Source: Myxococcales bacterium
Lineage (GTDB): Bacteria > Myxococcota > UBA727 > VGSZ01
Direction of reading: 5' to 3'
Assembly (NCBI GenBank): GCA_023248635.1
Contig: JAHFED010000012.1
Span: 43,370-107,369 of the forward strand
Length of the DNA stretch: 64,000 nucleotides
In this document: positions 1 through 9,146 of the stretch, piece after piece
How the letters are laid out: each line of letters starts with the position of its first letter
Numbering within the stretch: position 1 is the stretch's first letter
Notes under the pieces: model-generated
The model's input: the letters and a program-made list of their open reading frames with translations, nothing else
Database searches by the model: none
Told to the model about the DNA's origin: nothing
Program-made: the position numbers and the translations under genes

Positions 1-113
1 TGGAGAGGATTGCGATCGCCCGAGAACTCCGCAAAGGCTGAGATCACTCGCTCGTCGATGACGAGCGACGCCCGAGCCGTCTGGCCCTCAGTGAAGGGAA
101 AGTCGTCAGTCAA
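1..113 (-). CDS. MaoC-family (hot-dog fold) dehydratase/(R)-enoyl hydratase, N-terminal part, truncated by window edge
   Basis: Not in the ORF track. Read by hand from TTG at 113, overlapping the ACP 3' end: MTDDFPFTEGQTARASLVIDERVISAFAEFSGDRNPL(H). Carries the MaoC hydratase-2 motif FAxxSGDxNPxH. Confidence 0.8.
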   Translation of the reverse strand, partial: MTDDFPFTEGQTARASLVIDERVISAFAEFSGDRNPL

Positions 114-342
114 GTCCCGCCCCTCGTTCTGTCAGCACAAGCTTGATGAGGCGCACGGACAGCATGTCCATGGCGTCATCCGGTGTGAGCGTCACCGCAA
201 ACGCTTCCTCCAGTGCCACGATCAATTGTACATGCGACAGCGAATCCCAACCGGCGATGTCGTCGGGACTGCTGTCGTCCGTCAACGAGCTTGCCGGGAC
301 ACCGAACACTTGCGCACAGACCTCAAGCACTCGATCCTGCAC
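106..342 (-). CDS. Acyl carrier protein
   Basis: 78 aa, acidic, phosphopantetheine motif GWDSL. GTG start 1 nt after the FkbH stop. Confidence 0.9.
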   Translation of the reverse strand: MQDRVLEVCAQVFGVPASSLTDDSSPDDIAGWDSLSHVQLIVALEEAFAVTLTPDDAMDMLSVRLIKLVLTERGAGLD

Positions 343-343
343 G

Positions 344-2128
344 TCACTCCCCCATGATGAAGTTCTCGGCGAACTCGACACTGATCGATGGCGTCGGCGC
401 CGACGCATCGGCCCCCAGCGGCATGCGCCAGGTACCACCGCCTAGATCCTCGAACCCACGATCGCGATAGAAATCGGCCACAATATGGTTCTTCGCCGTC
501 GGCAGATATTCGCCGATCAGCTGGCGACCGCCGCGGCTCTTCACTGCCATCCGCAGCGTTGCCAAGAACGCATCCTCGATTCGCCGCCCAAGGACGCGAC
601 AGCTCAGAAGGAGGGTGTCAATTCGCCAGGCGCCCTCAGGTCCCGGAACGGCGATTGCGACGCCGACGAGCCCGTGATCGCCGAAACGATCCGCCGCCCG
701 CAGCCACATGGCCACAGCACCGTCGTCGAGCAGCCGCTGTAATTCGCCCGCACCGTGGCGCCGGGTGGTCAGGTTGAATTGGTTCGTCTTTCCCAGCAAC
801 TGCACGACCCGGGGGAGCACGTCCGCGCCGACCTGGCCAATTCGAAGGCGGGTCCCAAGGTCGTGCAGAAACTCGTCCACACCCGGCGTGCGCTGCCGCA
901 CCACTTCGCGCTGCCGCTCCTCACCGTACATGGCGGCACGTCGTGCATCCTCTTCGATAACTTGGAGCTGATCGAACGCGCCCGACTCGTCGAGTGCCGC
1001 CGCATAGCCCAAAGGGCTTTCTGGGACAGCAATGACCACGACCTCCGGTAGCTGGCTCTTGACCCACTGACGCTCAACCGGGTTGTCATCGAAAAAAGCG
1101 AGCGCGTCAGTGCCGATGTTGAGATCGCGGGCGATCGCTCGCAGGCTCGTGGCCTTGTCCTGCCAATGGATCTGCATCGCTGCAAAGTGTTCCGGTCTAA
1201 GCAAGCTGTCGGGATGCCGTTCGAGCACCTGGCGTGCATCAGCTTCATCGTTTTTGCTGGCAATCGCGAGCAGAATGCCGCGCTCGCGCAATGCGAGCAC
1301 CTGCCGCTGAAAAGCGCGGAAGACATTGCCGGGGTAGTCCGCACCAAGTTTGATGCCGGCCATCAGGTCCTCGCCCAGCACGCCGCCCCACAGCACGTTG
1401 TCGAGGTCGAGGACCAAGCACTTGCACGGCGGCGAGACGGTAGCCCTCACATACCGAGCCAAGCGCTGTGCGATGGCCCGAGCACCGCTTGCTCCGTAGG
1501 GAACTCGGGCCATGTATTGCAGTTTCGGATCGGCCCAATTCTCGAGGCCAACTTCCAGCGCGACCCGGGAGACGTCGAATACGAACACGCCCGTCTGTCG
1601 GCGCGCCAGGGCGGCGAGTGCCGCGTTGAACTGCTCTACAACGGCAGACGTCGAGGGCAGATGGAGGGTGCTGGCCAAACCCAGAGGGAGGAGTTTCGGC
1701 TCCACAGCATTGAAAACAAACAGGGGCGCAGTGCTCACGCGGCGCAGGCCCAGCGCCAGGGCCTCGATGCGCGCCACGGTTTGCTGAAGGGCTCCCTCGA
1801 CGTCCCGGCCATCCAGGCCCACGGCATGATCCACCAGGGCGGGCGCGAGATCCTCGAGGCGGCTGGCGATGAGCACCACATCGGGAGCCGACGACAGAGC
1901 TCCGCTGGCGGCGTTGAACAGCTCCTGCTCAAGCTGGCCATACGGGCCAAAGACCGGCTGCACCAAGAGGCCGCGCTGCGCCCCCGCCACGATCAAGTAC
2001 GGGCGGAGAAACTCCGCCGTGAATGTAGACACGATGGCAACCCGCACCCGCCGCAGTGAGGGTGGCGGCGCTTGCTCGAGCCGGCGGGCCTCTTGAATCG
2101 TTTCGCCAGTCGTCATCGCTACGCTCAT
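344..2128 (-). CDS. FkbH-like HAD-IIIC protein (glyceryl-ACP synthase family)
   Basis: DLDNVLWGG HAD motif, LAIASKN, FFDDNPVER, KTNQFNLTT, C-terminal LLSCRVLGR. ATG overlaps the upstream stop (ATGA). Confidence 0.92.
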   Translation of the reverse strand: MSVAMTTGETIQEARRLEQAPPPSLRRVRVAIVSTFTAEFLRPYLIVAGAQRGLLVQPVFGPYGQLEQELFNAASGALSSAPDVVLIASRLEDLAPALVDHAVGLDGRDVEGALQQTVARIEALALGLRRVSTAPLFVFNAVEPKLLPLGLASTLHLPSTSAVVEQFNAALAALARRQTGVFVFDVSRVALEVGLENWADPKLQYMARVPYGASGARAIAQRLARYVRATVSPPCKCLVLDLDNVLWGGVLGEDLMAGIKLGADYPGNVFRAFQRQVLALRERGILLAIASKNDEADARQVLERHPDSLLRPEHFAAMQIHWQDKATSLRAIARDLNIGTDALAFFDDNPVERQWVKSQLPEVVVIAVPESPLGYAAALDESGAFDQLQVIEEDARRAAMYGEERQREVVRQRTPGVDEFLHDLGTRLRIGQVGADVLPRVVQLLGKTNQFNLTTRRHGAGELQRLLDDGAVAMWLRAADRFGDHGLVGVAIAVPGPEGAWRIDTLLLSCRVLGRRIEDAFLATLRMAVKSRGGRQLIGEYLPTAKNHIVADFYRDRGFEDLGGGTWRMPLGADASAPTPSISVEFAENFIMGE

Positions 2129-3153
2129 AGATTCGCCGCCTCGACAGCCAGTGGGACCCGGGGCTTCCATTCCTCGGCTCGCGCCCCCCAGAGGAACTCG
2201 TCGACCAACGAGCCATCATCCAGGCGGTGGGACTTGCGCAAAACGCCTTCGCGCAGGAAGCCGAGCCGACGAAACGTAAAATTCATGCCCGTGTTGGTCG
2301 CATAGGTGCCACCCGTCACCCGCTGCAAACCGAGTTGAGAAAATGCGAATTGCGCCAATAGATCGATCGTCTCGTCCGCGGCGCCGCGGCCCCATCGATC
2401 TCGTTCTCCAATGAGAAGGCCCACCTCGGCGGACTCACGTTGCAAATTCAAGCTCAGGGTCGCCGTTCCGACCATCCCGCGCGTGTCGCCCTCGGTCACT
2501 GCCCAGAAGTAACGGAGGGGGTCTTGCCGAATCGAGCGAACGAACTCTCGCCCGCTGGCGAGTGTCTGCTTTGCGTGGCGCACTTCTAAGAAACGGTTGA
2601 CCAATGGGTCGTTCAGCCAACCAATGTATTGTTCGGAGACCAGCGCTTCAGTGAAAGGGACCAAGGCGTGGCGGATGCCGCGCAAGACGGCGGCTTCGCA
2701 TCGCTTTTGGGCTGCTTCAGTTGGGTTTGCTCCCCGGAGACAACCCAGTCTCACGCCATCTTGAAAAGCGCCGTCAATGCAGAAATGGTCACGATCCCGA
2801 CCTTCGTGCTCGAAGCCCGCGCGCTGAAACGCGCGTATCGCGCTGACGTTGTTAGCCCCAACGTGTGCAGTCAGCCGGTGCAGGTCGAGATGGCCAAACG
2901 CCCATTCGACAACCGCGCCAATCGCCTCCGCCGCATAGTGATGACCCCGGCAGTCCTGCGCGATGTGGATGGTCTGGATGGCGGCACGTTGATTGACGCG
3001 ATCCAGGGCCCCAAGCCGGAGCTGCCCGATGGGTCGGTGCCCGTCCTTGAGAATAATCTCCATCAGAACATGCGACGTTACGAAGTCGCACTCCGACGAG
3101 GGCAGCGAGAGGCGCGTTCCTTCGAGAACCACCCTCCCAGACTCGATCTTCAC
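2125..3153 (-). CDS. Tandem two-domain GNAT (RimJ/RimL-like) N-acyltransferase
   Basis: Two GNAT halves (CRGHHYAAEA...NVSAIRAFQRAGF; WGRGAADE...NTGMNFTFRRLGF). GTG start overlaps the AT3 stop. Confidence 0.8.
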   Translation of the reverse strand: MKIESGRVVLEGTRLSLPSSECDFVTSHVLMEIILKDGHRPIGQLRLGALDRVNQRAAIQTIHIAQDCRGHHYAAEAIGAVVEWAFGHLDLHRLTAHVGANNVSAIRAFQRAGFEHEGRDRDHFCIDGAFQDGVRLGCLRGANPTEAAQKRCEAAVLRGIRHALVPFTEALVSEQYIGWLNDPLVNRFLEVRHAKQTLASGREFVRSIRQDPLRYFWAVTEGDTRGMVGTATLSLNLQRESAEVGLLIGERDRWGRGAADETIDLLAQFAFSQLGLQRVTGGTYATNTGMNFTFRRLGFLREGVLRKSHRLDDGSLVDEFLWGARAEEWKPRVPLAVEAANL

Positions 3154-4301
3154 GTTTGCCCCCCAAAGCGGGTATACACGACCCGCCGAAGTGTGTGGTA
3201 GTGCCTTTCCGTTGCGAGATATCCAATATAACAATATAAGTAGAAAATAAGAAGCAAAATAATCCACGTGGATATGCCCTCTGGAGTCGTCGATGAGTAT
3301 GGCCCGATGCCGGCGTTCTTGAGGGTGTAAGTCAGCATGATGAGGACTGGATAGTGATAAAGATAGACACTGTATGAAAATCCCGAGAAGAACTTCCAGA
3401 ACTTACGAAAGCGATTCGAGTGGCTCCGTGGGTCGAGACGGTAAGCACTCAGCAACAACGCGACGCTGGCAGCCGTCCCCAAGAGATGGGCAAAGCCGAC
3501 ACCCCGGACGCTGAGCAGGTCACTGTGCGCGGTGGACAAGAAAGCAAAGAGAAGCAACCAACCGAGCCATCGCGGGATGAGCGGCTTGCTCGGCAACCAT
3601 GCCGCGACCCCGATCATCCAGAGCGGAGCAAATTTCAGAAGGTGTGGCGTCATGGTTGACGCGAGATGATTACTGCAGATGGCAAGGGCTGCGACAAGCA
3701 AGATTGCCGACACAAATCTGATGCCTTTGGCTACGCCAAAGCATGCCGCCAAGCCGAGCGGAAACATGAGATAATACCACAGCTCAAATGAGAGTGACCA
3801 TAGCGGCTCATTGCTTCCGAAGATCGGAGAGAATATCGTCTGCAGAGCGAACAGGTTCCCCAAAAAAACAGCAATGGTCATGTTGCCAGCGATCTTGTCG
3901 AATCCCTCAGGTCCAAGGGCATGCACAAGCACATAGTCCAGCGCAAAACCGAACGTCAGTGCCGGAATTAATACTATATAAATACGCGTAATACGATCAA
4001 CAATAAAGCCGTGGACTGATTTCTCCCGCAGCATAAAAACCTGGATTGCAGCCTTCCCAATGAGAAAGCCGCTCACCACGAAGAAAATGACCACTGCGTG
4101 GCCACCGAGATCCGTGTAAGTTAGAAATATTTGCGTCGGCAGATCCGGATGATCTGACGGCACGAACATCTCCGAGACGACGTGCCAAGAGACCACCATG
4201 AAGGCGGCAATGGTGCGCAGAACATCCAACACATTGGAAAGCTGGGGCCCGATGGAGAAGTCCTTCTTGCGCATGAACTCGATCGGGCTCTGCGCGGTCA
4301 T
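3150..4301 (-). CDS. Acyltransferase family 3 (OafA-like membrane O-acyltransferase)
   Basis: LDVLRTIAAFMVVSWH, AVVIFFVVSGFLI, RITRIY, LWSLSFELWYY, SYSVYLYHYP; multiple TM segments; AT-richer than neighbours. Confidence 0.9.
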   Translation of the reverse strand: MTAQSPIEFMRKKDFSIGPQLSNVLDVLRTIAAFMVVSWHVVSEMFVPSDHPDLPTQIFLTYTDLGGHAVVIFFVVSGFLIGKAAIQVFMLREKSVHGFIVDRITRIYIVLIPALTFGFALDYVLVHALGPEGFDKIAGNMTIAVFLGNLFALQTIFSPIFGSNEPLWSLSFELWYYLMFPLGLAACFGVAKGIRFVSAILLVAALAICSNHLASTMTPHLLKFAPLWMIGVAAWLPSKPLIPRWLGWLLLFAFLSTAHSDLLSVRGVGFAHLLGTAASVALLLSAYRLDPRSHSNRFRKFWKFFSGFSYSVYLYHYPVLIMLTYTLKNAGIGPYSSTTPEGISTWIILLLIFYLYCYIGYLATERHYHTLRRVVYTRFGGQT

Positions 4302-5875
4302 TTCATTCCGTGGGCGGTGAGCCGCGGTCGGAAGGTGCGGCCGTGCCACAGCTTGTCCTGTGGCGTTGCAAAGCGATCTCCCTCGCGGACGCGTGCGATC
4401 AGCGATTCGCCCTCCGATGTGTGCACCGAATCGGTAGCAAGCAAGCCATCGCTTACAGCGATCCACACCCGCGTGCCTTTTTGGCGTCGTACGACCAGGC
4501 CCGAAAGGTAGGGGTGGAAGAGCTGGCAGCGGTCGATTCGCACATTTCGAAGCCGGATTTCGGTCCCGTTCCAAAACGTGGCTGCGCCGATGTATGGCGC
4601 ATCAAACGCGTTGCAAAAAGACTCGATGTCAGCGCCGCTCCACTGCCAATCAATGTAGCCATTTTCTTTGGTGTGGAGACGCGGGAAGTAGGTACGCTGC
4701 GCGTCGAGGATTGCGTACGGTAGTCGGGGAAACGGCTCATCGTTCCTCATGTCTTTGAGAGCACGCTGCATGAATTCGGCCGCCGCGCGATGGTTCTCGA
4801 TGAAATAGTCCCTTGGCAGGCGTGCAGTTGGAGGAAGGCTGAAATACGCGCTTCTCAGCAGATCTCCACGATCAAGGTCCTCAGTGATCTCTTGGAGATG
4901 ACAACCACCAGATCGATTATTATTTAAGATCTGCCATGTATAATGGGCACCACCTAGGTAGTTGGGAATCGGTATGCCATTGAAATTAATCATCCCGGCA
5001 CCGAACTGAGAGATAACCTGGGACGAGAAGATCCATGCGGGGCCAAAGCACAGGGCCAGCGCGTCCGGCCCCGCGGCTGTCGCGGTGCACAAGCCACTCC
5101 AGTCGTTGATGTCGTCTACCACGAAGACGTCGCCGCCGATGGCTCGACAGGCCTCGGCAGTTTGCGTTTGGGCCAGAGGGAGGTTCTCCGTCGCATGGCG
5201 GGGCGCCAGGATGACCGAGACCGGGTAGCCAAGCTCGCGTGCGCATCGAGCCGACTCCAGCAGCAAATCTCCCCCGCCAATGAAAGTGATCTTGTCGACA
5301 TGACCATAACGGGCGGCCGGGTCCGAAGGCTCCGCCAGCCGGGCGCCCCGCGAGAGGCCGAGGAGCAGTTGGTCTTGCCGTCCGTGCGCGGTCTCCCAGT
5401 GATCCTTGATCGTCGCTTCATGTGTGAAGCCGGCCTTCAAGAAGGCCTTCAGAGAACCGAGGTTATTGCTGTAGCAACCAGCGCCGATCTTTTTGAGGTT
5501 CAGTTTCTCAAAGCCATATGAGGCGACCGCGGAAATGGCTTCGGTTGCATAGCCCTTGCCCCACGCACTCCGCTCTCCGAGCATGAGGCTGATGTCTGCG
5601 CGGCCGTGATTCCTATCGATTGGGCCCAGTTTGATGTTGCCAATATGGCCGCACCCATCACTCATAAATACGCCGAAGAGAAGGGAGTGCGATGAATCGT
5701 TGGCGTCGCAGACGAACGAACGAATGGCATCAATTGTATGAGTCAAGAATCGCACTTCGAGATACCGAGTTACCTCGTCATCTTGCAGCCAACTCAGATA
5801 GCGCTCGGTGACGTCTTCATGCCCCAAGTTCCGCAGAAAGAGCCGTGGCGTCAGCAGGGGCGTGTCGGATCGCAT
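4298..5875 (-). CDS. GNAT + formyltransferase-like (Fmt N- and C-domain) fusion protein
   Basis: N-terminal GNAT (HIGNIKL, WGKGYATEAI, NLGSLKAFLKAGF). C-terminal Fmt fold (INFNGIPIPNYLGG, DLDRGDL, GYIDWQWS...AFDAPYIGA). Confidence 0.8.
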   Translation of the reverse strand: MRSDTPLLTPRLFLRNLGHEDVTERYLSWLQDDEVTRYLEVRFLTHTIDAIRSFVCDANDSSHSLLFGVFMSDGCGHIGNIKLGPIDRNHGRADISLMLGERSAWGKGYATEAISAVASYGFEKLNLKKIGAGCYSNNLGSLKAFLKAGFTHEATIKDHWETAHGRQDQLLLGLSRGARLAEPSDPAARYGHVDKITFIGGGDLLLESARCARELGYPVSVILAPRHATENLPLAQTQTAEACRAIGGDVFVVDDINDWSGLCTATAAGPDALALCFGPAWIFSSQVISQFGAGMINFNGIPIPNYLGGAHYTWQILNNNRSGGCHLQEITEDLDRGDLLRSAYFSLPPTARLPRDYFIENHRAAAEFMQRALKDMRNDEPFPRLPYAILDAQRTYFPRLHTKENGYIDWQWSGADIESFCNAFDAPYIGAATFWNGTEIRLRNVRIDRCQLFHPYLSGLVVRRQKGTRVWIAVSDGLLATDSVHTSEGESLIARVREGDRFATPQDKLWHGRTFRPRLTAHGMK

Positions 5876-6044
5876 CGTTGCTTCTTCCCGTCTTGTTGCC
5901 GCCGGCGCAAGAGCCGTATTCGAAGCCAGGGTCCGATGCTGCAGGCGTCGGGGCGGCGTTGGGTGCCATCGGCGAACAGCGATGCCTCCGGTCGCGCAGG
6001 GCAGCCGGAACCTCGTGGCGCCGCAAGAAGCCTTGGATCGGCCG

Positions 6045-7376
6045 TCATCCCGGCCGACCATGTGCCCCAGTGCTCTCGGCGCAATTGACTGCCAGGCCCT
6101 TCTCCACAAAACGCGAGACGTAGGCATGTACATCGGCAATCGGCAGGCCGTAGCGATCGGCAATTTCAAGGAGGTGTGTGCGGCCGTTGAGATGCCTCGA
6201 AAGACAGTTCATCAGCAAGTTCCATTTCGTATTGATTTCTGCGTACTTCTCGCGATCAATGCCCGGAGCCGGAGCGGCTCGGTACAGGCCGTAGCGGGGG
6301 TGCGAGAGCGCCACCAAGCCGGTCATGGTGGAACGTACGAGGAGGTTCTGCTCGAGCGCATCGATGATCAGCAGGGCGGTCTCGGCTGTGTCCAGCAGCC
6401 TCGGCCCGCTGACGGTGTCGGGAGTGTCGAGATTTGTATGGTAGCCAAAGAAGGGGAATCTAGTGAGTGAAATGCTTGGTATTTCGAAGGGGGGGGCCTC
6501 GAATACTGTTTCATCATTTCCATAAATCGTCCGAAATTCGCCGCTGTCGTATTGGCCAAAACGATGGCGGAAGACGTGATGCGCGGCCTTGTCGATCTGT
6601 GCCTCACCAGTGAAGCTCTGCTGCAGCCGCAACGGCCGGTCGTTCCCAACAGACTTGAGCATGATGGTGCAGCCGAGATCGCGCGCTTTCGCCCCGAGCG
6701 CATCGAGCCAGAAGACCGTGCCGATGAGCTCGGGAGCGATCACCAGCCGATACGACAAGCGCCGCCGCTGCCGCTGCCGCAGCATTTGCAAGACTCGAAT
6801 GCCGACGGCGCAGCCCGAAATGTCGTCGTTGGCTTGAAATGGGTGGCAGTTGTGAGCGTTGAGGAGAACTGTCTCGCTGCTGTCGCCTGGCAGTAGAAAA
6901 TCGAGGACCTTCATCGTCCCCGTCTTCTCGGTGGCCACGAGGTCGACGTCGTAGTCGCCTTCTTCCAGGGCCTGGTAGAGGCGGTGGGGCACGCAGAATC
7001 CCCACGAGCGTTCACTGGGTCGGTACAGCGCCGTCCAGTGGTAGGGGATCGCGTCTTCGGATTCGGAGCTGAAGTAAAGGTGCTCCTTCAGCTCTGTGAG
7101 CGACACGCGTCCGCGAAACGACTTGGAGAGGGTGATGACGCCGAGCGGGGAAGCGCGGCCGTCGTAGATGAGCCGCCCATCTTTGCGGATCTCCGCTTTC
7201 TCGATGTGGCAGGCAGGCGATGTCCGCCACCCATTGAGCTCGCTGCCGGAGGCGACCTCATGGACCTGAAACGGAAGCTCCGACTGGAAGGCGGCGACGG
7301 CATCGTCGTTGCCGCGGCCCGTCACCGAATAGGGAAATGGGTAGAGCTTTCGAACGAGCCGCAGAAGATCATCCAT
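6045..7376 (-). CDS. DUF4910-family M28 aminopeptidase-like polysaccharide-modification protein
   Basis: SVTGRG N-terminus, IPYHW...WGFC, metal-site-like NAHNCHP, ANDDISG, PELIG, GNDE, YHT; C-terminal wHTH-like segment. Confidence 0.85.
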   Translation of the reverse strand: MDDLLRLVRKLYPFPYSVTGRGNDDAVAAFQSELPFQVHEVASGSELNGWRTSPACHIEKAEIRKDGRLIYDGRASPLGVITLSKSFRGRVSLTELKEHLYFSSESEDAIPYHWTALYRPSERSWGFCVPHRLYQALEEGDYDVDLVATEKTGTMKVLDFLLPGDSSETVLLNAHNCHPFQANDDISGCAVGIRVLQMLRQRQRRRLSYRLVIAPELIGTVFWLDALGAKARDLGCTIMLKSVGNDRPLRLQQSFTGEAQIDKAAHHVFRHRFGQYDSGEFRTIYGNDETVFEAPPFEIPSISLTRFPFFGYHTNLDTPDTVSGPRLLDTAETALLIIDALEQNLLVRSTMTGLVALSHPRYGLYRAAPAPGIDREKYAEINTKWNLLMNCLSRHLNGRTHLLEIADRYGLPIADVHAYVSRFVEKGLAVNCAESTGAHGRPG

Positions 7377-7389
7377 GTCCTCACCTCTG

Positions 7390-8442
7390 TCACGCCAGCA
7401 GCTCCCAGCTCAGTGGCGTTCCCGCCGGAGCATCTTGGTTGATGTGTTTTCCGAGCATGCGTTCGTAGTACTTCGGCGACAACCCAAATCCGGGCCGCAC
7501 GATCCGCAGGTTCGTCTTCGTCAACAGGTCGCCCTTCTTGAGATCCTGAGCGATGTACAGCGTGCGGCGGAATACTCGGGATTTTTCTTCGGCTTTGGTG
7601 CCCCCATAGATGACGCGGCCCAAACCGAGCCACGCGCGCTCAGACTCGGTTCGCAAGAGCCGAAACTCCGCGGGCTCCAGCGAAAACGCGGAGTCGACGC
7701 CGCCATCCGCGCGGCGCAGCGTGAAGTGCTTTTCGATGACCGTGGCGCCAAGCGCAACGGCGGCGACGGCGACACCACAACCCATGGTGTGGTCCGAGAG
7801 TCCGACTTCGCAGCCAAATGCGTCGCGCATGTTGGGTATGGTTCGGAGGTTGCTGTTCTCCGGAGTCGCGGGATAGGTGCTCGTGCACTTCAGCAGCACG
7901 AGGTCATGGCAGCCGGCGTCCTGGGCGGTGCGCACCGCCTCGTCGATCTCCGCGGCAGTGGCCATGCCGGTCGAGATGATCATCGGTTTGCCGGTGCGCG
8001 CAACTCTGCGGATGAGGGGGAGATCCGTGTTTTCGAAAGAGGCAATCTTGTATGCGGGCACGGCAAGCGACTCGAGAAAATCGACGGCACTCTCATCGAA
8101 GGGCGAGCTGAAGCAGTGCAGCCCCAGTGCCTTCGCCTTCTCCATGATCGGACGGTGCCACTCCCAAGGGGTATGCGCCTCGCGGTAGAGGTCGAACAAC
8201 TGACGCCCTGACCATAAACTGTCGCCTTTCTCAATGACGAAACCAGACGCTTTGAGGTCCAGCGTCATGGTTTCGGCGGTATAGGTCTGCAGTTTGATGG
8301 CGTCCGCACCGGAGTCGGCCGCAGCGTCGACGATCTGCAGCGCTCGCTCCAGCGACTGGTTGTGATTGCCGGACATCTCCGCAATCAAATACGGACGAAC
8401 ACTAGGCCCAATTTCGCGATCATGGATTTTCATTGTGCTCAC
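7390..8442 (-). CDS. pseI: Pseudaminic acid synthase
   Basis: IAEMSGNHNQSLERA, KLQTYT, HTPWEWH, YKIASFE, GLSDHTMG, IEKHFT, C-terminal SAF domain. Start may be ATG 8433. Confidence 0.95.
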   Translation of the reverse strand: MSTMKIHDREIGPSVRPYLIAEMSGNHNQSLERALQIVDAAADSGADAIKLQTYTAETMTLDLKASGFVIEKGDSLWSGRQLFDLYREAHTPWEWHRPIMEKAKALGLHCFSSPFDESAVDFLESLAVPAYKIASFENTDLPLIRRVARTGKPMIISTGMATAAEIDEAVRTAQDAGCHDLVLLKCTSTYPATPENSNLRTIPNMRDAFGCEVGLSDHTMGCGVAVAAVALGATVIEKHFTLRRADGGVDSAFSLEPAEFRLLRTESERAWLGLGRVIYGGTKAEEKSRVFRRTLYIAQDLKKGDLLTKTNLRIVRPGFGLSPKYYERMLGKHINQDAPAGTPLSWELLA

Positions 8443-9080
8443 ATCTTATCAATGCGGATCCGATACTTTTGCCCCCGCAGCTCGAAGAACGCGGGGTAGC
8501 GATCCGGGTCCGCAACGCGCAACAGGTCGAAATGTTCTGTGAGCGGGCGCGAGGGATCGAGGGCACTGTCCGCCGGCGTCCGCTTCCGGTAAAGGCTCGG
8601 TTCGCCCTGCTGCACCCTGGGGGTGGAGTGGTCGCAATGCTCCAGCGCCCAGGTCATGAGGGTGAGCTCGGCGTCAAAGATCGCGGCGTTGATTTCGGTG
8701 TGCAATTCTGTTCCATTGAATTGCACAGGAATCTGATGCCAAATGTCACCTGAATCAACTGAATTCTCGGCATTCAGAAGCGTAACCGTGAGGGAACTCT
8801 GGCCTTCGAGGATCTGCCAGATGTGCGGCGACATCCCACGCCCGCGGGGCAATGCACTCGCATGCACGACGAGCGTGCGGCGAAACATGTCGCGCGCCGG
8901 TTTGCGGATAATCTGGTGACACGAGATCAAGAACAGGAAGTCGCCGGGCTGTAGCTCGCTCACGTCGCGCAAGATGGCGACAGAAGCTGTGCCGGCACGT
9001 TCTTGAGCCTCCGCCCATAGCGCGAGCGGTGCATTCACCGGATGGCGTGGATCAGTGCATAGGATGGTCACGCGCTGCAT
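8439..9080 (-). CDS. Short sugar N-formyltransferase-family protein
   Basis: VVHASALPRGRGMSPHIWQI, VDSGDI, LRVADPDRYPAFF. Confidence 0.85.
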   Translation of the reverse strand: MQRVTILCTDPRHPVNAPLALWAEAQERAGTASVAILRDVSELQPGDFLFLISCHQIIRKPARDMFRRTLVVHASALPRGRGMSPHIWQILEGQSSLTVTLLNAENSVDSGDIWHQIPVQFNGTELHTEINAAIFDAELTLMTWALEHCDHSTPRVQQGEPSLYRKRTPADSALDPSRPLTEHFDLLRVADPDRYPAFFELRGQKYRIRIDKM

Positions 9081-9146
9081 CACATCGTCCTCACGAGGCA
9101 TCGCCCCTGCTCCACGCGGCCCCCAAAGACGTCCAGCTCCGGAAGA

